Numbered from the stretch's first letter, positions 11,103 to 21,580 are shown. The stretch is 64,000 nt of DNA from an uncultured Nitrospinota bacterium (GCA_963707985.1 CAVPRW010000032.1:128001-192000), one strand, 5' to 3'. Made by a program: numbers and translations. The notes: generated by a model from the letters alone, not told the origin.

Positions 11103-11341
11103 TCAAGGAAATCATCGATGCCAATCTCATGGAGGATTTGTTGAAGGCAGCGGCTCACCTAGCTCGTGTGGGAGCCCCGCACTTGTGGCTCGATTACGAC
11201 GCCGAGGCAGACGCGCTATACGTGAACTTTCAGAAACCCCAGCGGGCGACGGAGAGTGAGTTACTCGACAATGGGGTAATCTTGCGCTACCGAGGCGAAA
11301 AATTGGTCGGGATGGTGGTGTTTGACGCCTCCAAACGCTAA
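11099..11341 (+). CDS. DUF2283-like small protein
   Basis: YDAEADALYV motif; ATGA overlap with upstream gene. Confidence 0.75.
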   Translation: MIKEIIDANLMEDLLKAAAHLARVGAPHLWLDYDAEADALYVNFQKPQRATESELLDNGVILRYRGEKLVGMVVFDASKR

Positions 11342-11503
11342 GCGCTCGAGTCATCGGGAGCATTGGGGAGCAGGTGCCCAGCGTGCGGTGAGGAGAGGAG
11401 ATCGGCGGCACATGTTGCCCTTGGTATCGGAGGATGAGGTGCTAGGAACAACAGGCCATGCCGTCGACCCCAGCCGCGCGAGAGAGGTGGATAACAGACG
11501 GCT

Positions 11504-12460
11504 ATGAGTCGAAAAGTCGTGACCATCGGCGGCGGAGCGGGGCAGTCGCGGGTGTTGGCCGGGCTGAAGCGTGTCAAAGCATTAAAGGATCTGGAGGTGA
11601 CGTCGATCGTCACAGCGGCCGACAGTGGTGGCAGCAGTGGACGGTTAAGGGATGAGTTCGGTGTGCATCCATGGGGCGATATTCTCCGGTGTATCGTGGG
11701 TCTTTCCGATGCCCCCGAGGATTTGCGCGAGCTCTTTTTGTATCGTTTTCCGGGCACCGGTGATCTGGGGCAGCACACCGTCGGCAACATCATCCTCACC
11801 GCCCTGAATCAGCTCAAAGGTAGCCCGTTGGAGGCCGTCCTGGCGTTATGCCACCTGCTGCATGTGCGCGAAATGGTTTTACCGGTCACCGAGGCGAGCG
11901 TGCAGCTCTGTGCGCTTCTGGAAGATGGAACCATTGTGCGCGGTGAGCATAATATCGATGCCCCGAAGTACGACCCGCACCTTCATATCAAAGAAGTTTG
12001 GCTGGAGCCCCAAGAGTGCGCCCCCGTCCCAGGGGTGTTGCTGGCCATTGCTACGGCTGACCTCATCGTCCTTGGACCCGGTGATCTGTATACCAGCATT
12101 TTGCCGAATCTCCTGGTGCCCGGCGTAGCCCGAGCCATCAGCCAGGCACGCGCGAAGAAAGTGTTTGTATGTAGTCTGATGACCAAGTTGGGCGAGACCC
12201 ATGGCTTCAAGGCTTCTGATTTTGTGACATTGATTGAATCCCACATGGGGACCAGACTGGATTTTGTCATCTGCAACACCGCGACCCCTGCTCCCGAGGT
12301 GTTGGAGAGCTACCGCGGTGAGCACGCTGATCGAGTTGAAGTCGATCTGGAACTCAGCGACGGCGAGCGCCAGATCATCGCCGCAGACGTCCTCTCCGCC
12401 GGCATTCGTGCCCGCCACGATCCTTCCAAACTTGGCCTGCTCCTGGCGGCGTTGCTTTGA
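11504..12460 (+). CDS. yvcK: YvcK/GlmR (CofD-related) UDP-GlcNAc-binding protein
   Basis: IGGGAG, DSGGSSGRLR, GPGDLYTSILPNL, RHD. Confidence 0.88.
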   Translation: MSRKVVTIGGGAGQSRVLAGLKRVKALKDLEVTSIVTAADSGGSSGRLRDEFGVHPWGDILRCIVGLSDAPEDLRELFLYRFPGTGDLGQHTVGNIILTALNQLKGSPLEAVLALCHLLHVREMVLPVTEASVQLCALLEDGTIVRGEHNIDAPKYDPHLHIKEVWLEPQECAPVPGVLLAIATADLIVLGPGDLYTSILPNLLVPGVARAISQARAKKVFVCSLMTKLGETHGFKASDFVTLIESHMGTRLDFVICNTATPAPEVLESYRGEHADRVEVDLELSDGERQIIAADVLSAGIRARHDPSKLGLLLAALL

Positions 12461-12614
12461 CTGCAGGTCGCCATTCTCAACCGAACGACTGGCATAGAGG
12501 TGATGGAAAGTAATTTCCTTTCAGCGCATTTCCCGCTTGACACGACTAGACGGCTTCTTTAGGATGCCGCACGGACTCTTACCTGAAGCGGATATTCACG
12601 GAGGAGGACTCGTG

Positions 12615-13088
12615 ATGACACACAAGATTAGTCTGACCGTGAACGGCATGCAGGCCTCCCATGAGGTCGAACCACGCCTACTCCTGGTGCATTATTTACG
12701 GGACGTCCTGGGCCTCACGGGAACCCATATCGGCTGTGATACCAGCCAGTGTGGGGCGTGCACGGTGATGTTGAATGGAATGGCGGTCAAATCATGTACG
12801 ATCTTGGCCGTGCAGGCCGATGGCGGCGAGGTATTGACCATTGAGGGCATGGGGACAGAGGATCAGCTACACCCCTTACAGGAAGGTTTTTGGGAAGAGC
12901 ATGGCTTGCAGTGTGGGTACTGCACCCCAGGCATGATCATGGCAGCTCATCAACTGCTGCAGCGCAACCCCGATCCCTCAGAGGCAGAGATTCGTTGGGG
13001 GCTTGAGGGGAATCTGTGTCGCTGCACCGGCTATCAGCACATCGTGAAGGCTGTGCAGTACGCCGCCCGCAAAGTGGCAGGCAAGTGA
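12615..13088 (+). CDS. coxS: (2Fe-2S) small subunit, CoxS-like
   Basis: [25 protein letters not shown]. Confidence 0.88.
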   Translation: MTHKISLTVNGMQASHEVEPRLLLVHYLRDVLGLTGTHIGCDTSQCGACTVMLNGMAVKSCTILAVQADGGEVLTIEGMGTEDQLHPLQEGFWEEHGLQCGYCTPGMIMAAHQLLQRNPDPSEAEIRWGLEGNLCRCTGYQHIVKAVQYAARKVAGK

Positions 13089-13100
13089 GGAGGTCAGGCC

Positions 13101-15443
13101 ATGGCAACGTCGTTGGTTGGATCCCGCATTAAACGCCGCGAGGATCCGCGCCTCATTATGGGTCGTGGCACCTTTGTGGATGACATCCAGCTCCCGCGCA
13201 TGACCTACGCCGCCATTCTGCGTAGTCCCTATGCCCATGCCAGGATTCGCGGCATCGACGTCAGCAAGGCCAAAGCGCTGCCCGGAGTCGTCGCCGTGAT
13301 GACGGGGGCCGACCTGCAGGGGAAAAACGTGCCCTGCGGCTGGACGCTGCCCGATATCAAGGTCGCCCCACATCCCGCCTTGGCCGTGGGAAAGGTCCGC
13401 TATACTGGCGATGCGGTGGCGGTGGTGGTGGCAGAGGAGCGTTACATCGCCAGGGATGCACTGGACCTAATCGAGGTCGATTTCGAGCCCTTGCCTGTGG
13501 TGGTGGATGCAGAGAAAGCGATCCAACCAGGAGCCCCACAGCTTCATGATGAAGTACCCAATAACACGACTTTTGTCTGGAAGATTGCCGGAGGGGATAT
13601 CGACAAAGCCTTCCGGGAAGCGGAAGTGGTGGTGAAAGAGCGTATCGTCAATCAACGCCTGATCCCCAACGCCATCGAGCCACGCGGGATGGTGGCCCAA
13701 TACACCCCGGGCAGTGGCGATCTGATTCTTTGGACCGCCACCCAAATCCCGCATCTGGTAAGGCTCTTGCTCTCGATGGTGATCGGCATTCCTGAGCATA
13801 AAGTGCGTGTCATCGCGCCTGAGGTCGGCGGGGGATTCGGGTCGAAACTCTACCTCTATCCCGAGGAGGTCATCATCGCCACCTTGGCGAAGACGACAGG
13901 GCGCCCGGTGAAGTGGATCGAAGAACGGCGCGAGAACTATGTCGCCACCACACACGGGCGCGACCAGGTGCAATACGTGGAGGTCGCCGCGAAGCGTGAT
14001 GGCACGATTACTGGTCTGCGGGTCAAAAGCATCGCCAACATGGGAGCCTATCTATCCACCTTCGCGCCGGGGATCCCCACCATCCTCTTCGGCCTGATGC
14101 TGGCGGGTAATTATCGCATCCCCAACATCGCCTGCGAGGTGACCGGCGTACATACCAACACTACATTGGTAGATGCATACCGCGGCGCCGGGCGCCCAGA
14201 GGCCACCTATCTGGTTGAGCGCGCGGTGGATTTGACAGCCAGGGAGTTAGGGATGGACCCGGCAGAGATTCGCCGTCGGAACTTCGTCCCAGCCAACGCC
14301 TTCCCCCATACCACGGCGACTGGGGTGACATACGATAGCGGGAACTATCAACCGACCCTCGACAAAGCCCTCGAGATCGCCGGTTATCAACAACTGCGCC
14401 AGGAGCAGGAGCGGCTGCGCCAGCAGGGAAAATACCTTGGCATCGGGGTGACGACCTACGTGGAAATCTGTGGCATGGCGCCGTCCCAGGTGCTGGGCGC
14501 GGTCGGTGCCGGGGCTGGAGGTTGGGAGAGCGCCACGGTGCGCGTCCACCCGACGGGAAAGGTGACGCTCTACAGCGGCGCTTCGTCGCATGGACAAGGA
14601 CATGAGACGGCCTTCGCACAGATCGTGGGCGATGGTCTGGGCATACCTTTTGAGGATGTGGAAGTGGTCCACGGCGACACGGCCCAAGTGCAGTTCGGCA
14701 TCGGCACATTTGGCAGCCGTAGCGCCGCCGTTGGCGGTATGGCAGCGGTGATGAGCGTCAACAAGATCGAGGAAAAAGCCAAGAAGATCGCTGCGTTCTT
14801 ACTCGAAGCCGCGGAGGCGGACCTGGTGTTCGAAGGCGGCCAATTCTTCGTCAAAGGCACGCCGGGACGAGGCATTACCATCCAGCAAGTGGCCATGGCC
14901 GCCTATGTGCCTCATAAGTATCCCACCGGTTTAGAGCCTGGGTTGGAGGCTACGAGCTTTTACGACCCCTCCAACTTTACCTGGCCCTTCGGCAGTCATG
15001 TCGCGGTAGTCGAAGTGGATCCCGAAACAGGGGTGGTCAAGCTGCTGCGCTATGTGGCGGTGGATGACTGCGGCCGGGTGATCAATCCCCTCCTGGTCGA
15101 TGGACAAATCCATGGGGGGTTGGCCCAGGGCATCGCCCAGGCGCTCTATGAAGAGGCTGTCTATGATGAGAATGGACAGCTCGTCAGCGGATCGCTGATG
15201 GATTATGCCGTACCCAAGGCTGATGACCTGGTGAATTTCGAGCTGGATCGCACCGAGACGCCATCGCCGGTCAATGCCCTCGGCGTCAAAGGCATCGGCG
15301 AGGCGGGGACGATCGCGTCCAGCGCCACAATTGTCAATGCCGTGGTCGACGCGCTCGCGCCATTGGGTGTCAAACACCTTGACATGCCCCTCAAACCCGA
15401 GCGGGTATGGCAGGCGATCCAGCAAGCCCAGGCAAGGAGGTGA
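13101..15443 (+). CDS. coxL: molybdopterin large subunit, form II CoxL-like
   Basis: VGGGFG, AYRGAGR (form II signature), GVKGIGEAG. Confidence 0.85.
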   Translation: MATSLVGSRIKRREDPRLIMGRGTFVDDIQLPRMTYAAILRSPYAHARIRGIDVSKAKALPGVVAVMTGADLQGKNVPCGWTLPDIKVAPHPALAVGKVRYTGDAVAVVVAEERYIARDALDLIEVDFEPLPVVVDAEKAIQPGAPQLHDEVPNNTTFVWKIAGGDIDKAFREAEVVVKERIVNQRLIPNAIEPRGMVAQYTPGSGDLILWTATQIPHLVRLLLSMVIGIPEHKVRVIAPEVGGGFGSKLYLYPEEVIIATLAKTTGRPVKWIEERRENYVATTHGRDQVQYVEVAAKRDGTITGLRVKSIANMGAYLSTFAPGIPTILFGLMLAGNYRIPNIACEVTGVHTNTTLVDAYRGAGRPEATYLVERAVDLTARELGMDPAEIRRRNFVPANAFPHTTATGVTYDSGNYQPTLDKALEIAGYQQLRQEQERLRQQGKYLGIGVTTYVEICGMAPSQVLGAVGAGAGGWESATVRVHPTGKVTLYSGASSHGQGHETAFAQIVGDGLGIPFEDVEVVHGDTAQVQFGIGTFGSRSAAVGGMAAVMSVNKIEEKAKKIAAFLLEAAEADLVFEGGQFFVKGTPGRGITIQQVAMAAYVPHKYPTGLEPGLEATSFYDPSNFTWPFGSHVAVVEVDPETGVVKLLRYVAVDDCGRVINPLLVDGQIHGGLAQGIAQALYEEAVYDENGQLVSGSLMDYAVPKADDLVNFELDRTETPSPVNALGVKGIGEAGTIASSATIVNAVVDALAPLGVKHLDMPLKPERVWQAIQQAQARR

Positions 15444-15448
15444 TGGTG

Positions 15449-16312
15449 ATGGCAGCGACCACGTTCGAGTACCATGCTCCGACCACGCTCCAGGAAGCTC
15501 TCACGCTCCTTACGCGGTATGACGGTGAGGCGAAGATTCTAGCTGGCGGCCATAGCTTGCTCCCCATCATGAATCTCCGATTGGCCCAGCCGAAAGCGCT
15601 CATCGACATCGGCAAGATCGCAGGTTTGTCGGGCATTCGCGAGGACCATGGCACGATCGTCATCGGCCCTATGACCACCCACTACATGGTGGAAAGCTCA
15701 GCGCTCCTCAAGCAGAAGCTTCCCCTGCTGCCCGAAACGGCAGCAGTCATCGGTGATGTGCAAATTCGTAACCGAGGAACCATCGGGGGAAGCATCGCTC
15801 ATGCCGATCCCGCGGGTGATCTTCCCGCTGCCGCGATCGCTCTGGATCTGCAGCTGAAGCTTGTCGGACCACGTGGAGAGCGCACCCTCAGCTCTCGAGC
15901 GTTCTTCATCGACATTCTCACCACAGCCTTGCAGCCCGATGAAATTCTCACTGAGATCCGTGTGCCGGCCTTCGCACCTCGCACCGGGAGCGCCTACGAA
16001 AAATTTCCCAATCCAGCCTCGCGCTATGCCATCGTCGGCGCTGCCGTGGTGGCCACCGTGGACGGCAACGGCGTGTGTCAGAAGGCTAGTGTCGGCCTGA
16101 ACGGTATCACGGGAAAACCGATTGCGGCATTAGGGGTCGAGCAGGCCCTCGTCGGCAAGCGCCTCGATGACCAGTCCATCCAGGAAGCGGCGGCCAAGGC
16201 GGCAGACGGCCTGGATCCGTTAGGGGACATCTTTGCCTCCGCTGTGTATCGGGCGCATCTCGCCCGCGTCTTTACGAAACGTGCCCTGACGAAGGCCAGC
16301 CGCCGGGTGTGA
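15449..16312 (+). CDS. coxM: FAD-binding medium subunit, CoxM-like
   Basis: LAGGHSLLP, RNRGTIGGS, ADPAGD. Confidence 0.88.
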   Translation: MAATTFEYHAPTTLQEALTLLTRYDGEAKILAGGHSLLPIMNLRLAQPKALIDIGKIAGLSGIREDHGTIVIGPMTTHYMVESSALLKQKLPLLPETAAVIGDVQIRNRGTIGGSIAHADPAGDLPAAAIALDLQLKLVGPRGERTLSSRAFFIDILTTALQPDEILTEIRVPAFAPRTGSAYEKFPNPASRYAIVGAAVVATVDGNGVCQKASVGLNGITGKPIAALGVEQALVGKRLDDQSIQEAAAKAADGLDPLGDIFASAVYRAHLARVFTKRALTKASRRV

Positions 16313-16336
16313 GTTTTGTAGTTGGGGGCTTTATCC

Positions 16337-16385
16337 AGGCCAGGCTTGGGGTCGGAGGATCCTACTCCAACCTGGCCTTTTTGTT
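16337..16385 (+). terminator. intrinsic terminator of cox operon
   Basis: AGGCCAGG...CCTGGCCT stem followed by T-run. Confidence 0.6.
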
Positions 16386-16488
16386 ACTGGGGTCATCGCT
16401 AGCGAGGAGACGCCTGAATTCAGTCAGCACGGCTATAGCCCGAAGCTCACGAGTGCCGTAAGGCGTCCGGCGCTCGTATGGTTGAAAA

Positions 16489-16562
16489 AGCTAACGATTA
16501 GGATAAGTCGCCTCCAAAAGCGCCAGCGCTTTTGGAGGTCGATCTTCATCCTTTTGTTAGGC
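16489..16562 (-). repeat. attC site 1
   Basis: + strand AGCTAAC...CCTCCAAAAGCGC/GCGCTTTTGGAGG...GTTAGGC. Confidence 0.85.
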
Positions 16563-16590
16563 CGGATTTCATCGAAAAAGGTAGCGTCTC

Positions 16591-17379
16591 CTATGTCTTA
16601 TTTCGCTTAATAGCGTCAAGACGCTTTATCAAGGAGCTAACTTCCAGACTCAGGGTTGGTCGAGATTGCGCAACGGGCTCGATGAGGTTCTTGAGATCAA
16701 GTGCGTTCTCTGCAGTCGCCAATTCAACAGCAAGATTCAATATCGTTACAGCGGTATTGTCATCGGCGGTTTCTGACAGTTGCACCAAGGACTGAAGAGA
16801 TTTATGTTCTCCAAGTCGATAACTAGCTGCTAGGAGATGGGCCTTGGCAAATACACTCTTTTCAGATACTAGTTTTGCAGCCAGGATTCCGGCAATTCTC
16901 ACTGCCCCTAAGCGACCAATTGAATCCGCGGCATACGCTCGCACACTTTCGTCTGGATCGTCCAGGGCTGTCACCAATGTTGGCAAAGCTCTGAGATCTT
17001 TCAGGCTGCCGATTGCTTCAGCCGCATGGAGTCTTACCAATGGATCGCTGTCGTGGCTAAGCGTGCGAGCTAGAGCATCAATGCCCTCCATATATCTGAG
17101 CATCCCCAAGGATTCGGCGGCCTCTATACGAACTAAAGAATCGGTATCTGTCAACAGGGTTAGAAGGGCTGCTCCAACATTCTCATCGCCTAGTTGACCA
17201 AGCGCATGGGCAACGTTTGCCCTTACGCCAGCATCAGGGAAATCCAAAAGCTCCAGCAGTACAGGTACCGACTCTTGCGCGCCCATTTCTTCCAGGTCTG
17301 CAATAGCGGCACGTCTTTCCTTGGCAGAACCATGTTTGCATTGGAAAATCAATGATTCGGTTTGCGATTTTCCGTTCAT
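16591..17379 (-). CDS. HEAT-repeat protein, putative immunity protein
   Basis: Repeated D.D..VR..AA.ALG units; starts just after the toxin stop; lower GC. Confidence 0.85.
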   Translation of the reverse strand: MNGKSQTESLIFQCKHGSAKERRAAIADLEEMGAQESVPVLLELLDFPDAGVRANVAHALGQLGDENVGAALLTLLTDTDSLVRIEAAESLGMLRYMEGIDALARTLSHDSDPLVRLHAAEAIGSLKDLRALPTLVTALDDPDESVRAYAADSIGRLGAVRIAGILAAKLVSEKSVFAKAHLLAASYRLGEHKSLQSLVQLSETADDNTAVTILNLAVELATAENALDLKNLIEPVAQSRPTLSLEVSSLIKRLDAIKRNKT

Positions 17380-17383
17380 GATG

Positions 17384-18889
17384 TCACTCCCTGTTAGCTC
17401 TCGAGCCACGACAGCCAAGGCCTTTCTGCGTAGCGATAATCTTCTTCCATTTTTCTGTGTCGGATCGTCTCGTTTGTTGGGCCATCCTTCTCAACATTTC
17501 ACAGAGCATCTCGCGAGTGATCTCTCCAGCAGTAGCCGCAAGCCCAAGGGCAATGGCTAGGTCTCTGGCCTCGTTGACAATATGGTCGTGAACAACGCCA
17601 CCTATAGCCGTCATCAAAACGGCCGTAGTAAGCGTTCCACTGACGTCCTTCAGCATTTCTCCAAGCGCTTTAGCCTGCCTCTGCACAAGGCCGGGATCGC
17701 GCGCCACCATGGTTACAGTCGTTCCAGCAAATAGGAGAGCGCCGGCGGCGTAAAGCAGAGCCACTGCATCGGCCGGCCCGGGTTCTGGCCCATCCAGTAC
17801 CGCAACCGCGCCCACGGCCGCCCAACTGAAGTTACGCTTTTCAACGGGCTGGAGGTCGTCTTTCCGGGCTTGTGCAAACGCGCTCAGTTTCGATTCTATA
17901 CTTGTGATATGATCCTTAATTTCCTGCTGTATAAGAGGATCGACATTTGCAAAATATGGATTCGATGATAATCCGCGTAACAAATGGAGTATAAAATCCA
18001 TCCGGGAGAGCTGTTCTTCAACAGTCAGCTTGTTGAACGTCTCAATTTCGAGGCGCAAGATGCCGACATCCCATTCATATGCCTCCTTAGGGGTCAGCTT
18101 TACGAGTTTGCCGCCGCGCTGAATCCTCCGAGGGCCACCCCTCTGTTGTAAGACATGTGCAAGTTCATGCCCTAGAAGACGCCGACCCTCGTGTGTGGAA
18201 GGCGCATATTGCCCTGCCCCAAACACGAGATGCTGTCCGGCGGTATATGCCAACGCATTCACAGCCTGCGCCGATTGAGCCGCTTGCGTGTCGGTGTGTA
18301 CCCTGACGCGACTGAAGTCATAACCGAACCGAGGCTCGAAGAAGGCGCGCGTAGCCGCGTCGAGGGACTGACCAGGCTCAGCTAATACTTCGTGGATGAT
18401 TGGTGGTGCTGCAAGCTGTCCCGTATCACTGGCTTGGATGCGCTTAGTCTGCAAGGACTCGTGTTCATGGCCCTGTTGCACCGTCTGACACTGGGGGCAC
18501 CCTCCGCCGCAGGGACAAGCATGCTGTGGTAGCTGTGGCTCAGGCATGCGCATCACCTGCTCAGCGACGCGGTCTGCTTCCTCCTCGTAGATGTCTCCAG
18601 GAGTATTGACCGCGAGTTGTGGTTGAATCTTTACTGCTGCTTTAGCATGCACTGGTATCCGGGAGAAATCATGACTAAAGGAACCAGGCACGGTCGCATA
18701 GGAGACGGCCTCAAGGCCATCAGGTTTAGCCCGCAACAGCTGCTGCATGGCTTGATTTCCAATCGTGCGCTGTAAGTGAAGGAGCGAGTTTGTTTCACGG
18801 CTTTGCCCAAAATGTGCCCCCCCGGGTTTCGTAGACTTGACAGACGCAGTCTGCTGAGCTGCCCTCGGTTTCTGTGCGAAAGTGCGCAT
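17384..18889 (-). CDS. DUF4157-domain polymorphic toxin-like protein
   Basis: FFEPRFGYDFSRVRVH, ALAYTAG, LLGHELAHVLQQ; DGPEPGPAD motif; basic C-terminus KIIATQKGLGCR. Confidence 0.8.
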   Translation of the reverse strand: MRTFAQKPRAAQQTASVKSTKPGGAHFGQSRETNSLLHLQRTIGNQAMQQLLRAKPDGLEAVSYATVPGSFSHDFSRIPVHAKAAVKIQPQLAVNTPGDIYEEEADRVAEQVMRMPEPQLPQHACPCGGGCPQCQTVQQGHEHESLQTKRIQASDTGQLAAPPIIHEVLAEPGQSLDAATRAFFEPRFGYDFSRVRVHTDTQAAQSAQAVNALAYTAGQHLVFGAGQYAPSTHEGRRLLGHELAHVLQQRGGPRRIQRGGKLVKLTPKEAYEWDVGILRLEIETFNKLTVEEQLSRMDFILHLLRGLSSNPYFANVDPLIQQEIKDHITSIESKLSAFAQARKDDLQPVEKRNFSWAAVGAVAVLDGPEPGPADAVALLYAAGALLFAGTTVTMVARDPGLVQRQAKALGEMLKDVSGTLTTAVLMTAIGGVVHDHIVNEARDLAIALGLAATAGEITREMLCEMLRRMAQQTRRSDTEKWKKIIATQKGLGCRGSRANRE

Positions 18890-19045
18890 GGTTAATCTCT
18901 TTCCGTTCGATTATCAAACGCCTAGACATAATGACTTCCGAGGGGTAGGCTGACCTCCGACTCAATCGCGGGTTAGCTTGCCAGCAGCCAGAGCCGCCTC
19001 GTGCACCATCGCAGGCACGATTGACCACGAACTCGGAGGTCAGCC

Positions 19046-20160
19046 ATGAGTCACTCTAGCACACTCTACGTCGGTCTGGATGTCCACAACGATTCCATTG
19101 CGGTGGCCTCTGTCGCCAAAGAGCACGCTGCTGAGGTCATTGACCTCGGCAGCATCGGCACCCGGCAGGCCGACATTGATCAACTCGTCCGCAAGCTTCA
19201 AGCCACAGCCAAACACCTGGTCTTCATCTATGAAGCGGGGCCCTGTGGCTCCTGGCTCTACTCGCGATCTGACGAAACAAGGCCATGTGTGCTGGGTCGT
19301 CGCGCCCTCCCTCATTCCCAAACAGGCCGGTGACCGCGTGAACACCGACCGTCGTGACGCGGTCCAACTGGCGCGGCTGATGCGCTCAGGGGATCTCACG
19401 CCGGTCTATGTCCCAGCGGTCGCAGACGAAGCCATTCGGGACCTGAGCCGTGCGCGTGAAGATACGCTCCACGATCTCAAGACTGCCAAGTTTCGCCTGA
19501 ACGCGTTTCTGCTGCGGCATGATATCCGCTATACCGGTCGGGCCACCTGGGGCCCAGCTCATCTGCGCTGGCTCAGCGAGGTCGTCTGTCCCACCCCAGC
19601 GCAGCCAATCGTCTTCCAAGCATATGTCCGAGCGGTCACCGAGCACACCGAACGGCTCCAGCGGCTTGACCAGGAACTCCATGAACAGGTCACCGCCTGG
19701 CGGCTTTGCCCGGTGGTGGACGCGCTCCAAGCCCTCCGTGGCGTGCAGTTGTACCGTGGCGGTCACCACCGTCGCCGCACTCGGCGACCTGACCCGCTTC
19801 GATCACCCCAGACCACTCATGAAGTATTTGGGCCTGACGCCGTCGGAATATTCGAGTGGTGAGCGCCGACACCAGGGAGGCCTCACGAAGACCGGGACTA
19901 CCCATGCCCGTCGGGCCCTCGTCGAAGGTGCTTGGGCCTATCGCGATCCGGCCAACGTGAGTCGGCACCTGCAACTCCGCCTGGAAAAGCTGCCCAAGCC
20001 GATCCAGGACACGAGTTGGAAGGCACAGGTCCGCCTGTGCAAACGCGAGCGACAACTGAGCGCACGGGGGAAAAACCCTCATCAAGTTGTGGTGGCGATT
20101 GCCCGTGAGCTGATCGCGTTGATGTGGGCCATTGCCAAGCAGGTCCATGTGACCGCCTAG
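19046..20160 (+). pseudogene. IS110 DEDD transposase split by two frameshifts
   Basis: [40 protein letters not shown] spread over three frames. Confidence 0.85.
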
Positions 20161-20226
20161 ATACGGCCGCTGTATGGTCCCTGCATCGAGCGTCCCAAAG
20201 GATTTGCAGGGCAGCTCCCCAAGTCC

Positions 20227-20396
20227 ATCGGAAGAGGTGCAGCCCCGGTGTGGTGTCACCCTCGATGGCGTTAAGAGGTTCAAAATCCTCGCTCCTAGAT
20301 CGAGGCAGGCACCTGACGGATACACGTAAGGTGGTAGCCAACCCACGGATATCAGCGTGATCAACCGTCGTCTTTACTGGCTCCGCCTCTTCCGAT
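20227..20396 (+). ncRNA. putative bridge/seekRNA of the IS1111-type element
   Basis: Closing stem ATCGGAAGAGG/CCTCTTCCGAT; internal stem-loops with GGCGTTA, CCTA and ATATCAG matching target and circle junction. Confidence 0.65.
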
Positions 20397-20464
20397 CAAC
20401 AAGGTGAACAACGGATGAACACGTAAAAAATCTTCACCCAGCTCTTGACATCGGAAGTCATATC

Positions 20465-20548
20465 AACGCTGCGCATCAGGCGCGGCGAACAGCCGGAGCG
20501 AGGTACGAGCGGACGCTGTTGGCCGTCGCCTGCATGCGGTTGTTCGGC
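20465..20548 (-). repeat. attC site 2 (remaining core bases GCCT at 18920-18923)
   Basis: AAC-GCTGCGCATCAGGCG...CGCCTGCATGCGGTT-GTTCGGC. Confidence 0.85.
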
Positions 20549-20632
20549 AAGGACCTGGCACGGCTGTCGGAACTCCCCACGACGCGCCGGGCACCACACC
20601 GACAACCGACGCTGATGCGCCTTGCGCCTGCG

Positions 20633-21502
20633 TCAGACGGTCATGCCGAGAAAGTCCGCGGCCGTCTCGATCTGCGGCATCAGCATCTCGCTGCCACGCA
20701 CGATCCCGAGACCCCGCGCCTGCGCCGCTTGCAGGAGCGGCGTGTATTCTGGTACCGCCACTACGTCCGCCACCAGCGCTGGCGCAGACACCCGCGAGAC
20801 GTCGAGAGGCAATGGCCCCTGGCCATTTTGCCCCAGGGAGGTCGCATTGATGACAATATCGAAACCGGCCGGATCAACGACGGCTCCGGCCTCGACTTTA
20901 CAAGCGGGGGCAGCACGTCGCACCCGGTCTGCCAGGTCGTCGGCCTTGGCCTGGGTGCGATTCGTGATGGCGAGGGAACCGACGCCCGCCAGGGCAAGTG
21001 CCACGGCAATGGCCTGCCCCACACCTCCCGCTCCGACCAGCAGTACCCGTGTCGCAGTATCCAAGGCCCGATGTGCTGTAAGGGCCTGGACCATCCCAAC
21101 ACCATCAAACGTCTCTCCGATCAAGCGGCCATCTGGGTCGATCCGGACAGCATTGACGGCACCGCAGGCTTGGGCATTTGGCAGCAGCACATCACACAGC
21201 TGAGCGACCGCGGCTTTGTGGGGCATGGTCACGCAAAACCCTGCAAAATCGCGCAAATGTCGCATGCCCGCGATGGTTGCCGCCAAGTGCTCGGGAGGCA
21301 CTTGCAAAGGGACGAAGAGCGCATCGACGCCACGCCGCTCCAGCAGGGCGTTCATGAGAGCCGGGGCCGACATCGGCCTCTGGACGGTGGAATAGGCGAA
21401 GTGGCCATAGAGCCGTGTCGTGGTGCTGATGGGCGGGCGACCGTGCGGCATTGGGACCTCCTCTGGAAAAATGTGCAGAGATGAGGTTGTCATTTCCCCC
21501 AC
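20633..21502 (-). CDS. shikimate dehydrogenase family protein (cassette)
   Basis: VTMPHK, GAVNAV, DGVG, GAGGVG, NRT, INATSLG; start uncertain. Confidence 0.85.
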   Translation of the reverse strand: MGEMTTSSLHIFPEEVPMPHGRPPISTTTRLYGHFAYSTVQRPMSAPALMNALLERRGVDALFVPLQVPPEHLAATIAGMRHLRDFAGFCVTMPHKAAVAQLCDVLLPNAQACGAVNAVRIDPDGRLIGETFDGVGMVQALTAHRALDTATRVLLVGAGGVGQAIAVALALAGVGSLAITNRTQAKADDLADRVRRAAPACKVEAGAVVDPAGFDIVINATSLGQNGQGPLPLDVSRVSAPALVADVVAVPEYTPLLQAAQARGLGIVRGSEMLMPQIETAADFLGMTV

Positions 21503-21516
21503 CTTGATAGCATGCT

Positions 21517-21580
21517 GCCGAACGGGCCGAATGAGCGGCAGCCCCCGAAGGGGGCGTCCGTTCGATTCGGATGGATAGGC
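21517..21580 (-). repeat. attC site 3 (R'' = GCCTATC)
   Basis: GCCGAAC...GCCCCCGAAGGGGGC...GATAGGC. Confidence 0.75.

Larger units (their letters stand above)
18924..20464 (+). mobile_element. IS110-family element, IS1111 subgroup, inserted in the core of attC site 2
   Basis: Sub-terminal IRs ATGACTTCCGA 18931-18941 and TCGGAAGTCAT 20451-20461; removal restores GCCT|AAC; no TSD; 3' non-coding region. Confidence 0.9.

Noticed and set aside
13101..15443. Bona fide aerobic CO dehydrogenase
   Set aside because: The AYRGAGR motif and S-L-M order indicate form II, whose substrate is uncertain
16430..16487. Additional attC at the distal end of the array
   Set aside because: A hairpin is present (CGAGTGCCG/CGGCGCTCG) but the cores and L boxes are incomplete; at most a remnant
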